Shown here: one piece after another, positions 47,857 to 60,700 of the stretch
Numbering within the stretch: position 1 is the first letter of the stretch
Layout of the letters: each line of letters starts with the position of its first letter
Source: Paraspadella gotoi
Lineage: Eukaryota; Animalia; Chaetognatha
DNA length: 64,000 bases
Direction of reading: 5' to 3'
Assembly: GCA_051294375.1 (NCBI GenBank)
Contig: CM119267.1
Location: forward strand, 999,601 to 1,063,600
Made by a program: the position numbers and the translations under genes
Notes under the pieces: generated by a model
Told to the model about the DNA's origin: nothing
Database searches by the model: none
The model's input: the letters and a program-made list of their open reading frames with translations, nothing else

Positions 47857-50320
47857 ATGAGCATCATGTACATCCAAGTAAAGGAGGAGGGATCCGACCA
47901 GGCGATCGAGCTCCCTCTGGAGGATGACCAGACCCTTGACCTGGCCACCCTACAGAGCCAGTTCCCTGGCGCCATCGGGCTCAAGTACGTCTCCGATTCG
48001 GGCAACTGGCGCGGGCTCAAGGTCAACGGGACCACGATCGATCATCCGGGCAAGGAATGGTCAGAGTCCATCAAATACGTCGTCACTTATAACAAGGACA
48101 ACAACAAGAGAAAGGGTGAGATAGAGAAAGAGATGGTGGGCGTGGCCTTTGTTCGATGATCCCGGACGACGACGCTTCTTTTTCAGCGGACGATGGACCC
48201 GACGGTAATAGGGCGAAGCGGGCGCCTATGCCCTCGGATCTCATCGTACTGAACATGCCGTATCACAGTGAGTTAATGAAATGACCTAACAAAGGATTTT
48301 TGTATCGTATTTCGGTTTTGGGGTCTATTTTTGTTTGTTTACTTGTTGGTTTTATCCTGTTGGTAGTTTTTTAAAAAAAAAGTTTAATTAGATCGCGTGA
48401 GAGTCACGATTGGAAAGCTTGTAGGGTTTTCCTTTGTTATTATCTGGAATGGAAGGCCTTAACCCCGCATCATTTATATATATATATCGGTTAGAACAAT
48501 TAAACGCGATTGTCGATCAAACGCGTCACGGATTCAAATCTCCTCTCAACCCTCCCCCCCCTCAAATCTTACCCCCTCCTTCAAGTCTCCGAGGAGGAGA
48601 TGCGCGATTACTTTGAAAAGTTCGGATCTCTTTCCTTTTATCAACTGAAGAAAAAACCGGACGGATCCAGTCGAGGATTCGGATTCATTCGCTTTAAGAA
48701 CATGGACGATCAGAAGTCTTGTCTGAGGGAGTCCCATCAAATGGGGGATAGGGATCTGCAGGTGAGGAGGTGGAGGATGATTGGATGATTGGGAATAATG
48801 GCTGACAATTTGAAAAAGGAAAGCCGATGTAAAAAAAAAATACAGAAAAGAGAAAGCCCAGAGTGGGAAGGTTAAGATTAGAGTTTGGTTAACCGTTAAT
48901 TTTTGAGGAACTTCGCTTAACCGTTAAAACTAACAATAAATAAATAAATATTAATATTTTATATTTCAAATTTAATTATAGAATTAACCGAAAATGTTAA
49001 TTTTATAATTCAATTTTAAATATAAAATATTAATATTTAAAACAAACCAAAGTACTTAATGGCACCTTTTCTTTAACCTTTGCTCCTGAATCTTTTTTAT
49101 TTCTTCTATTTCAGATAGATAAGGTTTAGGTTTGAGAAAACTATCTTGAATCTACCCATGATAATTTCGCTCAGCAGCTAATCATCTGGATAATAAATCG
49201 TGATAATTATTGCATAATTTTTTTTTTTTGCCTCATAATTATTGCATATATTTTTTATCTTACCTTAACTTAATATAAAGAGAACAAGAGAAAAAGAAAA
49301 AAGAGAAAAAACCGCAAATATATTAATTGTGATAACTCTACTAGTCTCTAGACAGTAGACACTCTCTCTCTCCCTCTCTCTCCCTTTCTCTCTTCTCCAT
49401 TGTCACTCTCTCACTCCTCCCTCCCCCCTTCCCAAAGGTGAAAGTGCCGCAATCGAAAGCGGCGGGGTTCGACGATGTCCTGACGGGTTCGGGCGAGACT
49501 CGTCTCAGTCGCCGAATCCACGTGGGAAACGTGACGTCGCGAGTCACGAAGCAAGACCTGGAGGATTACTTCGGACATTTCGGGCCGATCACCGATGTCT
49601 TCATGCCCAAGCCGACTGAGGTAATCGTCATCTTTCCCCATCTTTTCTCCGAAATGCCTCTCCGTTCTTTAATCATCTTTCCCAATCTTTCTTCGATCTT
49701 TCTCCAGTCTCGCAAGAACCCGATGTACGCGTTCCTGACTTTCGCTGACGCGAGCGACGCTCAGACTTTGATCGAGTCTGAATCTAGTCACAAGGTGGCG
49801 GGCGAGACGCTCACCGTCGCCTACGCCTCTCCGATCAACAAAGAACAAGGCAGACGCAACGCCGACACCGCATTCTCCGACATGATGGACCAATTCGTCG
49901 ATCAGGCCTATTCCGGCAAGCTCGGTGAGCCAATGAAAAACCATTGCAGTGATGTATTTGAACGTCATCTCATATGGTTTTGGATTCTGCAGGCGTGGAG
50001 AAGCCGCGCAGCAAAATGGAGGCGATCGGAATGTCGATGGCGATGATGAAGCGATGGATGGAGACTCAGACCAACGAAACGGATCACTTCGCTTCCTCGG
50101 GCAAGTCGCTTTAATCTAATTTGCATATTTGGATAAATTGAGAATTAACTAAACATTTATTTGCCCTCCTCAATCAGATTACGACCGGTACAGATCGTCG
50201 GACAATTATCGCGGTCAGAGCTACGGACAGGGATATGGAACGATGTTCAGTCAAGGGGGGGGATACGGATCTCAAGACTACGGCCGAAGCGGTGGCCCCA
50301 GTGGTGGTTATCGATACTGA
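47857..50320 (+). CDS. TARDBP: TDP-43 homolog (NTD, 2 RRMs, G/Y/S/Q-rich tail)
   Basis: YIQVKEE...IELPLEDD.TL.L.TLQSQFPGAIGLKY, SDLIVLNMPY, RGFGFIRF, VFMPKP; 7 exons, last intron GC-AG. Confidence 0.9.
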
Positions 50321-50733
50321 CAACTTTTACTTCTTTAATTTCTTTCCATGTTTGTCTAATATTTTATTGATATTGCCATAATATATTATAATATATTATT
50401 AATATTAGTAATATTATTATTTATATATTATTTTCCCTGTATTTTGTATTTACGATCTTTGTAAGAAATTTCTCATTTTTGGTTTGATTTCATTTTGCGT
50501 AAATGTAGTAAAAACAAGATTTGTATTCGTCCGTAATTAATCATTACATCAATACGTATTCTCTCTTCTCTTTTCTTAGAAATGTTGGCGAATGAAGCCG
50601 TGACGTATTTGTCGATGTAATTAGCTAATAATCGAAACGACCGCAAATCGTCTCTCTTCTCAAATGAAAGACTCGAGTTTATAAACTGGTTAAAGGGAGC
50701 GTCGAGCTCTCAATCCCTTCCCCTCACAAAACA

Positions 50734-53700
50734 ATGTTCCTGGGAGTGTCTCCCGGGTTCGTCTTTCGCACCCAGACTCACCTCGACCCCAAATGGCTGG
50801 CCACCGATCTCCGCCCGGCCTTCTCAAAGGGCGGCGACGATCTCGACCGCTCCTGGAACCTCTTGGTCAGAGACGGAGAAGTGGGCGTGCCGCTGGGCAG
50901 TGTCGAGGCCGCCCAGTTGAGCTCCATCGGGGTCATCAACTCTTCCGGGGCTTTGGCCAAAAAGGGCGAGACGGGTCATTACTACTGCGGCCTCGGGGTC
51001 TTGTCCTGCTCCTGCTGCGACACGTACTGCGGTCCGCACGACGGCTGCAACTGTCTCGCCTGTCAGCAGCTGGATCGGGAAGAGAGGTTTTACAGGTGCG
51101 AAGTTTTAAAGATGGCGTTGATCAATGTCAATGATCATTCTTTGAGGTTGCGTTGATAGGACGAAAGATTCTTTACCTGTTGTCGAACATAACTAGTCCC
51201 ATAGTGTTAAGAAAAGCATGCCATAAATAATCCGTTGATTTAATTTCATTTTTAAAATAATGAGGGCGCTAAACTATTTTGGACAGAATGATCAAGTACA
51301 AAAACCAATGCAATTTATACAGAGCAAGTGGATCAACGACGTGGGTAGAATTTCCAGGCAGATGGAAGCCCATCCGCCTATTGGCCGGTTCCATCTGGCT
51401 CTTGACCAATCAGAGAGCTCGATTCCATTTTTGGTGATTTCTCCCCGAGTCGATGATCCGATTGTATCCGGTTTCACTTTATTCCATCTTTTGAGTTTCT
51501 AGATCTTCTGCAATGATAGGAAGGTAAGGAACCATAAGACTTTAATGTATGTATCATACTTATGCATATGCAGTCATGTGATCACTTAAAAGAAACGATC
51601 ACATGACCAAAAAATTAATTTCGAGAAAAACCGAGTAATTATAGTTAATACCTGCATCTCATGCATGTGCTTCACAGTTCACACGTGATCACGCTGAATT
51701 ACGATCATATGATCAGAAAGTAAATGCGGCACATGTGTATTATTGTTTGGTTATTTTACTTGATACTCAACAGAGAAGGAATAAACCATAAGATGCTTCT
51801 TGTGCATAAGTTACTTATGTTGTCACGTGATCATTGATAAAGAAAGAAAGAAAGATAGAAAGTCGCTGCGGCTCAACTCCTCTTGTTTCATCTCGATAAA
51901 CAAAAAGGTTAAACGTTCAAAGTTAATCTCCCGCTCCCCCCCGCCGGCGAACTCAGGGAACGAGAGTCGCGATCCCCGACTCCCAGCGAAGAGTCCATCT
52001 CAAGTTGGACGTGGGTGCGACCGACTCGAACTCAAATGTCGCAGACTCTCTCGGCTTTGGGGTTCGAGCGCCGCCAACTCTCGCTCTCCGCCGTCAAGAC
52101 GTCGCTCTCCATGCGTCGTCTCTTGCAGGTTGTGTTATGAAAACTTTCCACTTGGTGGCGCCTTTGGACGAAAGATAACCACTTAACCAGTAAGATAACC
52201 ACGTCACCGACAGGGTGCGTAAGCGTCAAAATATTTAAAAAAAGCCTTTTTGAAAAACCGGCTTAAGTCTTGGGTCTTTTTAAAATTTTGGGGCCTTTCA
52301 AAATGCGCAAACTTTTTAATAAGTAATTATAAATAAGAACTAATTATCATATTTGAGCAAGCACATTAAAAAAAAAATAGTTAAAATATTAGTCTTACTA
52401 ACATAGTCATGGAATTAACGCTGGTATCATTTTTTAAAGTTATTAGTTACATTACCCAAAAACAATGACGGTAAGGGAGAAATCGGCAAATATAAATCAG
52501 TTTTAACAATGTATAAGGAGGTATGTTTGCCTGAGATAAGATAGGCATATAACTAGGTAACAAAAGGTTCAGTGTTCATTAATATCTTACTTGATGGTAT
52601 GTTGACTTGACATCGGTGAAGAATGCTCGCTTACTATATAAACTGTCTTTAATGTGTATAGCTAGTTAGCTTTGCCTGAAGTAGAGAAATGGAAAAACAA
52701 TTAAACACTATTTATTTATCTCTATTATTTTGTGCTTAGACCTTATTGAACACAATTTTGCACTATTAGTGATTAACTGTTAAGATGTTAATCTTATGCT
52801 GATTGAGCTCTGATAAGGAGAAATGGACTCTAACAAGAGAGTGCGTCCCCAAAACCAAAGCTGAATAATGGTTTAATTTCTGAACAAATAAAGGAATCAC
52901 TAAATATGAGCAAGTCAAATCTTTAAGTAATAAAATGTTAAAGTATTATTATTAATTAATTAGTTAAAATATTACTATGACTCATGGTAATCATTAACAT
53001 TGCTAAAGACTATATTTAGCTACTAGAAAACCATGAAACAGAACTAATATCAAAATCCAAAATGAAATTAGACACATTTAGATTCAATACTGCAATATGT
53101 AAATATTAAATATTAAATAATCATCTCTTACAAATGTTTAAAACATGATAATAAAATAACAAAAATTATTGTTAACCTACAAACACTGGTATCCAGCCAA
53201 ACAAATTCTTGTATTTTTTTCTACAAGGCCCGTGTTATAAAGAATTAAGTTGTGATAATTTCAAAAGTTTATTTATTTGTTTTTACAGTTTTTACTGCAA
53301 TATGTAAATGAGATTCTTTCTTTTCCAGCGCGTCGTGATTCTGGAGCGATACTTGATCGCATTGACGCGTGACCCCCTACCTCCCGTCAAATCCTCCTCC
53401 TTTACCTGCATTCGCGGCGGCGTCAAAATCATGAGGACGAGCGCCACCTACTCGGCGAATCTCGGCCGCGTCGAGTCTGGCGATGGCGCCGAGGGATCCA
53501 AGACCTCGTCCCTCTCTCGCCAACCGCCCGCCGCCATGATGGGTCTGGCTCACGTGGGGACTCGAGCCGCTCTCTCTTTCGCCTTCGCCTTTTTGCGTCG
53601 CGCGTGGAGGAACGGGGACGATCTCGATCTCTGCACCGAGTTGTTGCAGGTGAATGATATGTGTACAAAGTCGGTGGCATAATATAGCTCATTGAATCAA

Positions 53701-54716
53701 TTTTTGTATTGGTTGTATCAATTCCATAACAGTAGGTTCCGTGTATATTGATGCTAGTGTGGAGTTCAATATATTATCTAATACTCCTTTCATACAGTTT
53801 TTTTATATTTATTATTTAATTTTTTAAATATTATTTTAGTCCTTAATTGAGAGTGAACCCAGGTTCCACTGGTGTGAAATAACATAACAAATAATCAAAT
53901 CAAATCCATTTTCCTCTCAGGAATCTCTGTCCGCTCTCCGCTCTCTTCCCGAAGCCAGTCTCTTCGACGAAGACGCCACCATCTCTCCGGTTTGGATGGA
54001 GGCGTTGGAACGCGCCGCCAAGTTCCTCAAGTCTGTCGTCTGCGGCGACATCAACGGCGGCAGCATCGCCACGGGTAAAAGAAAACATTGAGAATGAGAT
54101 GGATTGATCAAGCAATTTGATTGCAATGCTTGCTTGACGATTACAGTGACGGCGACGACGATTATCCCGACCGTGGATCGACAAGTCGCTCTCGCTCTCC
54201 TCTTCGAATTGGCGCTGCAGGTGATGATTGATCATTGAATATCGCTTGCATATTGCTTGTATTCTGGTCTTTTAACTTTCTCTGTTTTCTATCTTTCCTT
54301 ATCTCGTCCGAATTTCTTTTCTTTGTCTTCCCCCTTTTTCTCTCCCCCTCCTCTTTTCTCCCTCTCTTTCTCTCCATCCCCCCACTCCCTCTCATCCACT
54401 CTCTCCCCAGCGCGGTCTTCTCCGCCAAGTTCTTGAATTGGTTCTGTTGATGCTTCGTCTCTGGGACGATTCCATGAGAGGCGACCGCGACTTTGGCAGT
54501 GGGCGTGGCCTTAGCGCCCCTTTGGTGCCGCTGCTGCGTCGGTTCCAGCGTCTGCAGCCGGCGCCCCGCGGCGCTCCGATTCGGTCGGCGCCCTATCTAC
54601 CCAACGGCGCCCCCTACAGTCCGACCGAATGTCTACTGCGATTTCTCCGCGTTCCGGCGTCGGACGATGTCGCCGTCGATCTGAGGCAGACATCCGTCGT
54701 CATCATGGCCCATTTA

Positions 54717-54764
<48 letters not shown>

Positions 54765-57700
54765 AGAAAAGTTCGTGGAATGTCTTTAAATTCCTAGATG
54801 CAGATTCACAACATAATTAGCCCGCCCTAATCAAGGAATCATATTTAGAAATGGATAGCATTATTGTTCGATGACATTAATAAAATACATTACTTTGCTA
54901 CTTTCAACTTTAGCAAAAAAAACTGCAAAATTTAAATGAGATTAAAAAGTTCTTTTTGACAAGTTTCCAATCGGCGTTGTTTTCCAACCAGATCGACTGG
55001 CTTGTCACTACATGCCTCCGCCATCTTTTCGCTCTTCGCATCAAAACCCAAATTTGTACAAAAAGAATCAGGAATTTTTCTCCTTCGGTGAAATTGGATG
55101 GAGTCGCCTCTGTAATCCTTTACCCTCCGGTCGGTCACCTTTCTTTTTTAATTAACATTATACATTATACCTTAACTTCTTTTTTTTTTTTTTCCGATTC
55201 CATCTTCAGCGCCGGAGATGTCGCGCGTGTATTCCTGCGAAGTCTTCGACGACCTGGAGGTGGCCTCCGCCGTCGCCTCGTCTCAGTCCTTCATCTGCCT
55301 GACCCACTCGGTCGAGTCCGCTCCTGCTCCCGGTCTCAGCTCCAACAAGCGAGTCATCGTCGTCGGTTATCACGGCAATTTCGTCACGGCTTCGTCCATC
55401 GAGGCTTTGGACGGTGAGGGGCATTTCATTTTGGACGGTGAGGGGCATTTCATTTTGGACGGTGAGGGGCATTTCATTTTGGGATTGACCTTCATTGGCA
55501 TTTGGGTCTTTGGGCATTGGACCCCTGACATTAGCTATTGGGATAAATTACAAATTAACGCTCGAATTCATTGCTACGATTTATTTTCACGAATAAAACG
55601 TCAAGATTTGTCGATAAAATTATGAATTTAACTGCGATTGTTTCCAATGAAAACCTTTCGCCGTCCGATCTCCTGTCTGGGCAGAGTTTCCTGGAAGGGA
55701 GGAGGAGGGGGGTGATAAGAAAAAAAGCTTAAACTAGGAACATTTCTAAAATTTAAAAAATGTTGATAAGAATCGAAAGATAATGTTTCCCAATCTTTTT
55801 GGATTGTAAAGCCTATTCACTTATTTTGGTTTTCTCACGCGCGATCATTCACTCCATTCATTTGAATCGATTCGTTCACTACTTCGTTCATCCAATCGTT
55901 CACTACTTCTTTCATTGGATCATTCAATCTTTTGTACATTAAATCGATCACTACTTCGTTCATCGAATCGTTAATTTCTTCGTTCATCAGATTATTTAAT
56001 CTTTCATACATCAAATCAGTCATTCCTTCATTCATCAAATCAGTCACTTCTTCGTTCATCAAATCGTTTACTTCATTCATCGATTCGTTCACTTCTTCAT
56101 TCATCGAATTGTTCACTTACTTCATTAGCGTCGTCTACTCAGACTTCCCGAACGGCGTCTCTTCGCTGCGACGGCGGAAGCGGAGGAAGCGGCTCTCTTC
56201 CGCGATTTGACCCGTTTGTTGTTATTGTTGTTGTTCCTGCTGTTGGCACCGTCGGATGAAACTGCTGCGGCGGCCGCGGCTGCCGCGGCAGCGGGAGCAC
56301 TCCTGCGACGTGGACGCGGCGCCGATCTATTCTTGGATCCCGCGCGATTCTTCTGTAACCTAATTCGCTTCTGCGCTTTAACTCTTCCGTTGGACGCGGC
56401 CCGACGACGTTTGGCCAATGGACGCGGCTTAGGAACGCTTCTTGAGGAGGAACGAGAACGCTTCCTAGCGGCCGGCCGGCTGCGCTTCCTGGTCTTTGGT
56501 ACGGGGCGAGGTTTCGGGGGGCGCTTCCTTTTCCTCGCCGGCATCTGCGGCGGAGGTTTTAAATCATTGGTTTTCTTGTCGGCGTCTGCTGAGGATCGAT
56601 AGGGGGATGGGGGTAACGGAGGAAGGAAGGAAGGAAAAGAAGAAGAAAGGAAGGAAAATAAGAAGGAAGGAAGGGATGATACGTGTCCGTGAAATGGGCA
56701 TCGCGGGCAGAGATTTTTCTCTCTGATTTACCTTGTTTGTCGTTCGCTGATGCGGGTCCTGCTTGCCTTGCCGCTACGACTGATTTTTTAGTCTTTTCTC
56801 TGGAAATTAATTAAAATGTCTTATCCTTTTTCACATCCGTCTTCAGTAGTGAGTTAAACTTTAACTCACGAGTTGTTATTGGCGTTTTCTTTGGCGTTGT
56901 CGATCACCGCCCTCGCGTTTCGGACCGCGTTGACTCCGGCGGCTATAGCGGCTGCTGCTCTCGCGTTGAGTGCGGCGGCGTTCGGTTCGCGCGGCGTCGC
57001 TGCCGCCTTCACATGAGATGCAGCGGCTGGCGCGGCCGCCCTTGCGTTTGGGACGACAACGGCGGGTCCGTTTGAATCCGAAATATCATCATCATCTTCT
57101 TCTTCTTCTTCTTCTTCCTCGTCTTCGTTGTCGTCGTCGTCGTTCGCTGAATTGCCAATAATCGGGTCCCTTTCGTTGTTGTTGTTTTCGTTGTTGCCTT
57201 CTTTTTCCTCGACGCCCATTTTCTTTCGATTCGCGATTTTTGTTGGAATTAAAACTTAAAAAAAAAATCACATTAGTCAATAAATGTTTTCAAGTCGGGT
57301 ACGAATTCGTTTTAAACGAGTTTGTTATGAGCGAATACGAATTTCCAGGGACCAGCCCAGATATATAAAAATAATTCATTTGTTTTGAAAAAAAAAGTTT
57401 TTTATACATACACCTTTTCACGATTCAAACAAATAATTTTAATCATTAAAATCATATAAAATAATAAAACAAATTTCAGACAAAGACGTGGTCCAAATTG
57501 GGGCGCATCCGGGAGCCAAACATTTCCTCGCACTGACCAAGTCTGGCGATGTCTACAGTTGGGGCAGCGGAGAGTCGGGACAATTGGGTCACGGAGACGT
57601 CGCCACCCTCGAAACACCGAAGATGATCGAGCCTCTTTGCGGAAAGGGAGTCGTCTACGTCGCGGGTAGGGCCCAATGCTCGGATTGAGTTAGTGCTTAA

Positions 57701-60700
57701 TCTTGTTTATTTAACTTTTTACAAATTTCAATAAATGGATTCATTTTTTCTATTTTTCTTCTTTTTTTATTTCTTTCATATTCATATCCTTGTCATATTT
57801 ATCTTTCCTTTTCCTTTTTATTTCAAGTCGGGAGCTCCTACAGCGCCGCCGTCACTTCCACCGGCGAACTCTACACTTGGGGCAAGGGCACATACGGCCG
57901 ATTGGGCTTGGGGTCATCCGACGATCACTCGCAGCCCGCCCTCGTCACTTCTCTCAAGGGTCATCACGTGACCCGCGTGGCATGCGGCTTCGGCGACGCC
58001 CAAACCCTCGCCTGCACCGAAAGGGGCCAACTCTTTTCCTGGGGCGACGGCGATTACGGAAAGTTAGGCCGCGGGGGCAGCGAGGGCTGCAAAGTGCCCA
58101 AGCGGGTCGAACTGCCCTCATCCACGGCCGATGGCTTCGTTCCCGAAGAGATCGTGGACGTCCGGTGCGGGGCGCAGTCTAGTTTCGCCCTCGCCCGCTC
58201 GGGGGCAGTCTATTCGTGGGGCAAGGGGGATCTGCACCGGTTGGGTCATGGATCCGAAGAACACGTTAGGTAATGAGGAAGAGAAAAGGGGGGGGGGGGA
58301 ATGCCATCTTTCTTTTTTCAACTCTTCTGTACAGTAAGTACTACAATTCTATTCTTTTTTTTTACCTGATTCCCATTTTAAACCTTTCTATCTCTCAATC
58401 TATCTACCTTTTTATCTCTTCCCTTTTTTTCTTATATCCTCATCTTTCCAATCTTCTTCCATCTCTTTTAATTTCTTTCCCACATTCCCATCTCATTTTC
58501 AATTCCTTCTCATCCCCATCATCTTCCCATCTCATTTTCAACTCCTCATCTTTTTTCCACATTCCCATCTCATTTTCAACTCTTTCCCACATTCCCATCT
58601 CATTTTCATCTCCTTCTCATCTCTTTCCCACATTCCCATCTCATTTTCACTTCTTTCTCATCTCATTCCCATCACCTTCCCATCCTCCTCCTCGTCCAGA
58701 TTCCCCAAGAAGATCTCGGGCCTCTCCGCCCATCGGGTCGTCGACCTCGGGATCGGGACTTCCTTCTCTCAGGCGATCGACGAAGAAGGACGCGTCTTCG
58801 TTTGGGGCAAAATTGGCGGCGGCGAATCGCCCAAGCCAACGGTGATCCTATTTAATCTTCAAACGAGTTAAATAAATCAAATAAATAAATAAATATTAAA
58901 TATATTATTAAAACAGATAAATGCTGTGACTCCGCCAACGGCCGAGGTCCTCGACCCGGCGAGCGATCTTTCCCCGACAGCTCTGCCGCCGCGCACAGCC
59001 GCCCAATCGACGCAGTCGACGGAGGCGTCCTTACCGCCGGCGCCTCCGCCGCAGCAGCCTTTCCCGCCCTCGTCGATGGCGAGTTCGGCGACGACGACAG
59101 CGACGACGACTTCCGTGGTTCATCCGACGCCGATGCAGATTCAGTGTTTGGCCGACTTCAAAATCATCGGCGTCACTTGCGGACCGGGACAGGCTTTGTC
59201 GTGGACGAGGAACCACGCCGCTTGGAATATCGGGGACAAGGTTGGGTAGAGGAGGGTGGAGTGGGACGGGACTAATGATAACGACGACAATGACTGTATT
59301 TAATATTAAACCGTTATGGTAATGGAATAGACATTTATCAATACTCTAATCAAAACACGACAAAATGCAAATGACATTAATGGACTCATTTGAAATCTTT
59401 ATTTCCCCCCCTCTTCCTCTCTCTCTCTCCCTCCACCTTCCCCTTTTTCTCACTTTCCACTCTCTCCCTCCCCTCCCTTCCATCCCTATCCACCCCATTT
59501 CCCCCCTCCCTCTCTTCCCCCTCAGGTCCCCTTCGTGGTCGATCTCTGCGAAGAGACTCTCTCTCTCCTCTCCTCTCTCCTCCTCCAATCCTCTTCCTCG
59601 ATGATCGACTCTTCCTCCTCTCTCCTCCTCTCCTCCTGGCCGCCGACGCAAGACAAGGAATGCCTCACCTTCTCCGTTCTCGATCTTCTCTCCCTTCATT
59701 TCGCCGCCGCCGCCGCCAACGAGGCCGACGCCGCCTCGCTCGGCCTCGCCGCCGATTCCCCGCTCCTCCTCTCGCTCAAGCGGCGCATCGTGGATCTCGC
59801 GTCGACGCCGGGAGTCGTCGCCTCGGTGCAGCACGCGGCGCAGGCGGCGCTGCAGGCAGGATGGGTCTTCCTGCTGCCGACGCCCGAGGAGAGGGCAAAG
59901 GCTTTGTCCGGTGAGTTCCGGGTGTTGGGATGATTGATAACAAATCAATTCGTAATATTAGTTTTCAGGTCTCATGTATAAGTCATGACATGAGGGGAAT
60001 GATTAAAAAGAAGAGAAAGAAAGAAAGAAAGAAAAAGAAAGAAAGAAAGAGAGAGAGCAAAAAAGTAAATTATGGAGAGAATAATGGTCAGATAATGTCA
60101 ATGATTTGAAAAACCCAATAAATGTTTTTCATTCACAGTAAATTTCATAATGAGATTACTAATATTACTAATATTATATAATGAATAATTTATAATCCTT
60201 TAATTCCCCAGGCCTTCTTCCTGCCGCGGGCCACGCCTCTCCTCTCCGCGCCATGTCTCCCGGTCAGCGCTTCATGACGGATCTCCTCGTCGTCAGCCTC
60301 ATGGCGGACGGAGGACTCGAGTCGACCCTCGACGCCGCCGTCGACTCTGAGATGGTGGAGATCGAGGAGAGGATGTTAGAAGGTAAATAATAATCAGGGT
60401 TAATAATAACCAGGGTTTTTAATTCTCGGTTAATCGGGGGGAGGAAATTTGAATGTCAAACACTAATAAAGTTTACAAGTTGGACAAAATGGTTTGACGT
60501 AAAACCAATCAGTCTGAGATTCATTAGCTGGTCCATTTCCTGCGATGTTATGTTTAGAAAAGAGACAGATCAATCACGTTACGAGGCCAACCATTAATTA
60601 AATGATTATGTATTCAGGCGACGTTTGTCCCGACGAATCAGACGTCGGCGACGTCGAAGGCGACGTCACGTCTTCCGCCATCAAAACCGAAGAAGGAATT

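Noticed and set aside
51260-51730. 80-aa ORF, CCAAT motifs and paired CATGTGATC...GATCACATG hairpins in HERC2 intron 1
   Set aside because: No supporting gene structure; looks like a degraded transposon fragment
52470-52495. GTAAGGGAGAAATCGGCAA, weak 28S rRNA-like word
   Set aside because: The match is short, gapped and does not extend
55835-56116. 93-aa MNE-repeat ORF on the minus strand
   Set aside because: Translation of a minisatellite in the likely 3' UTR of the nested gene
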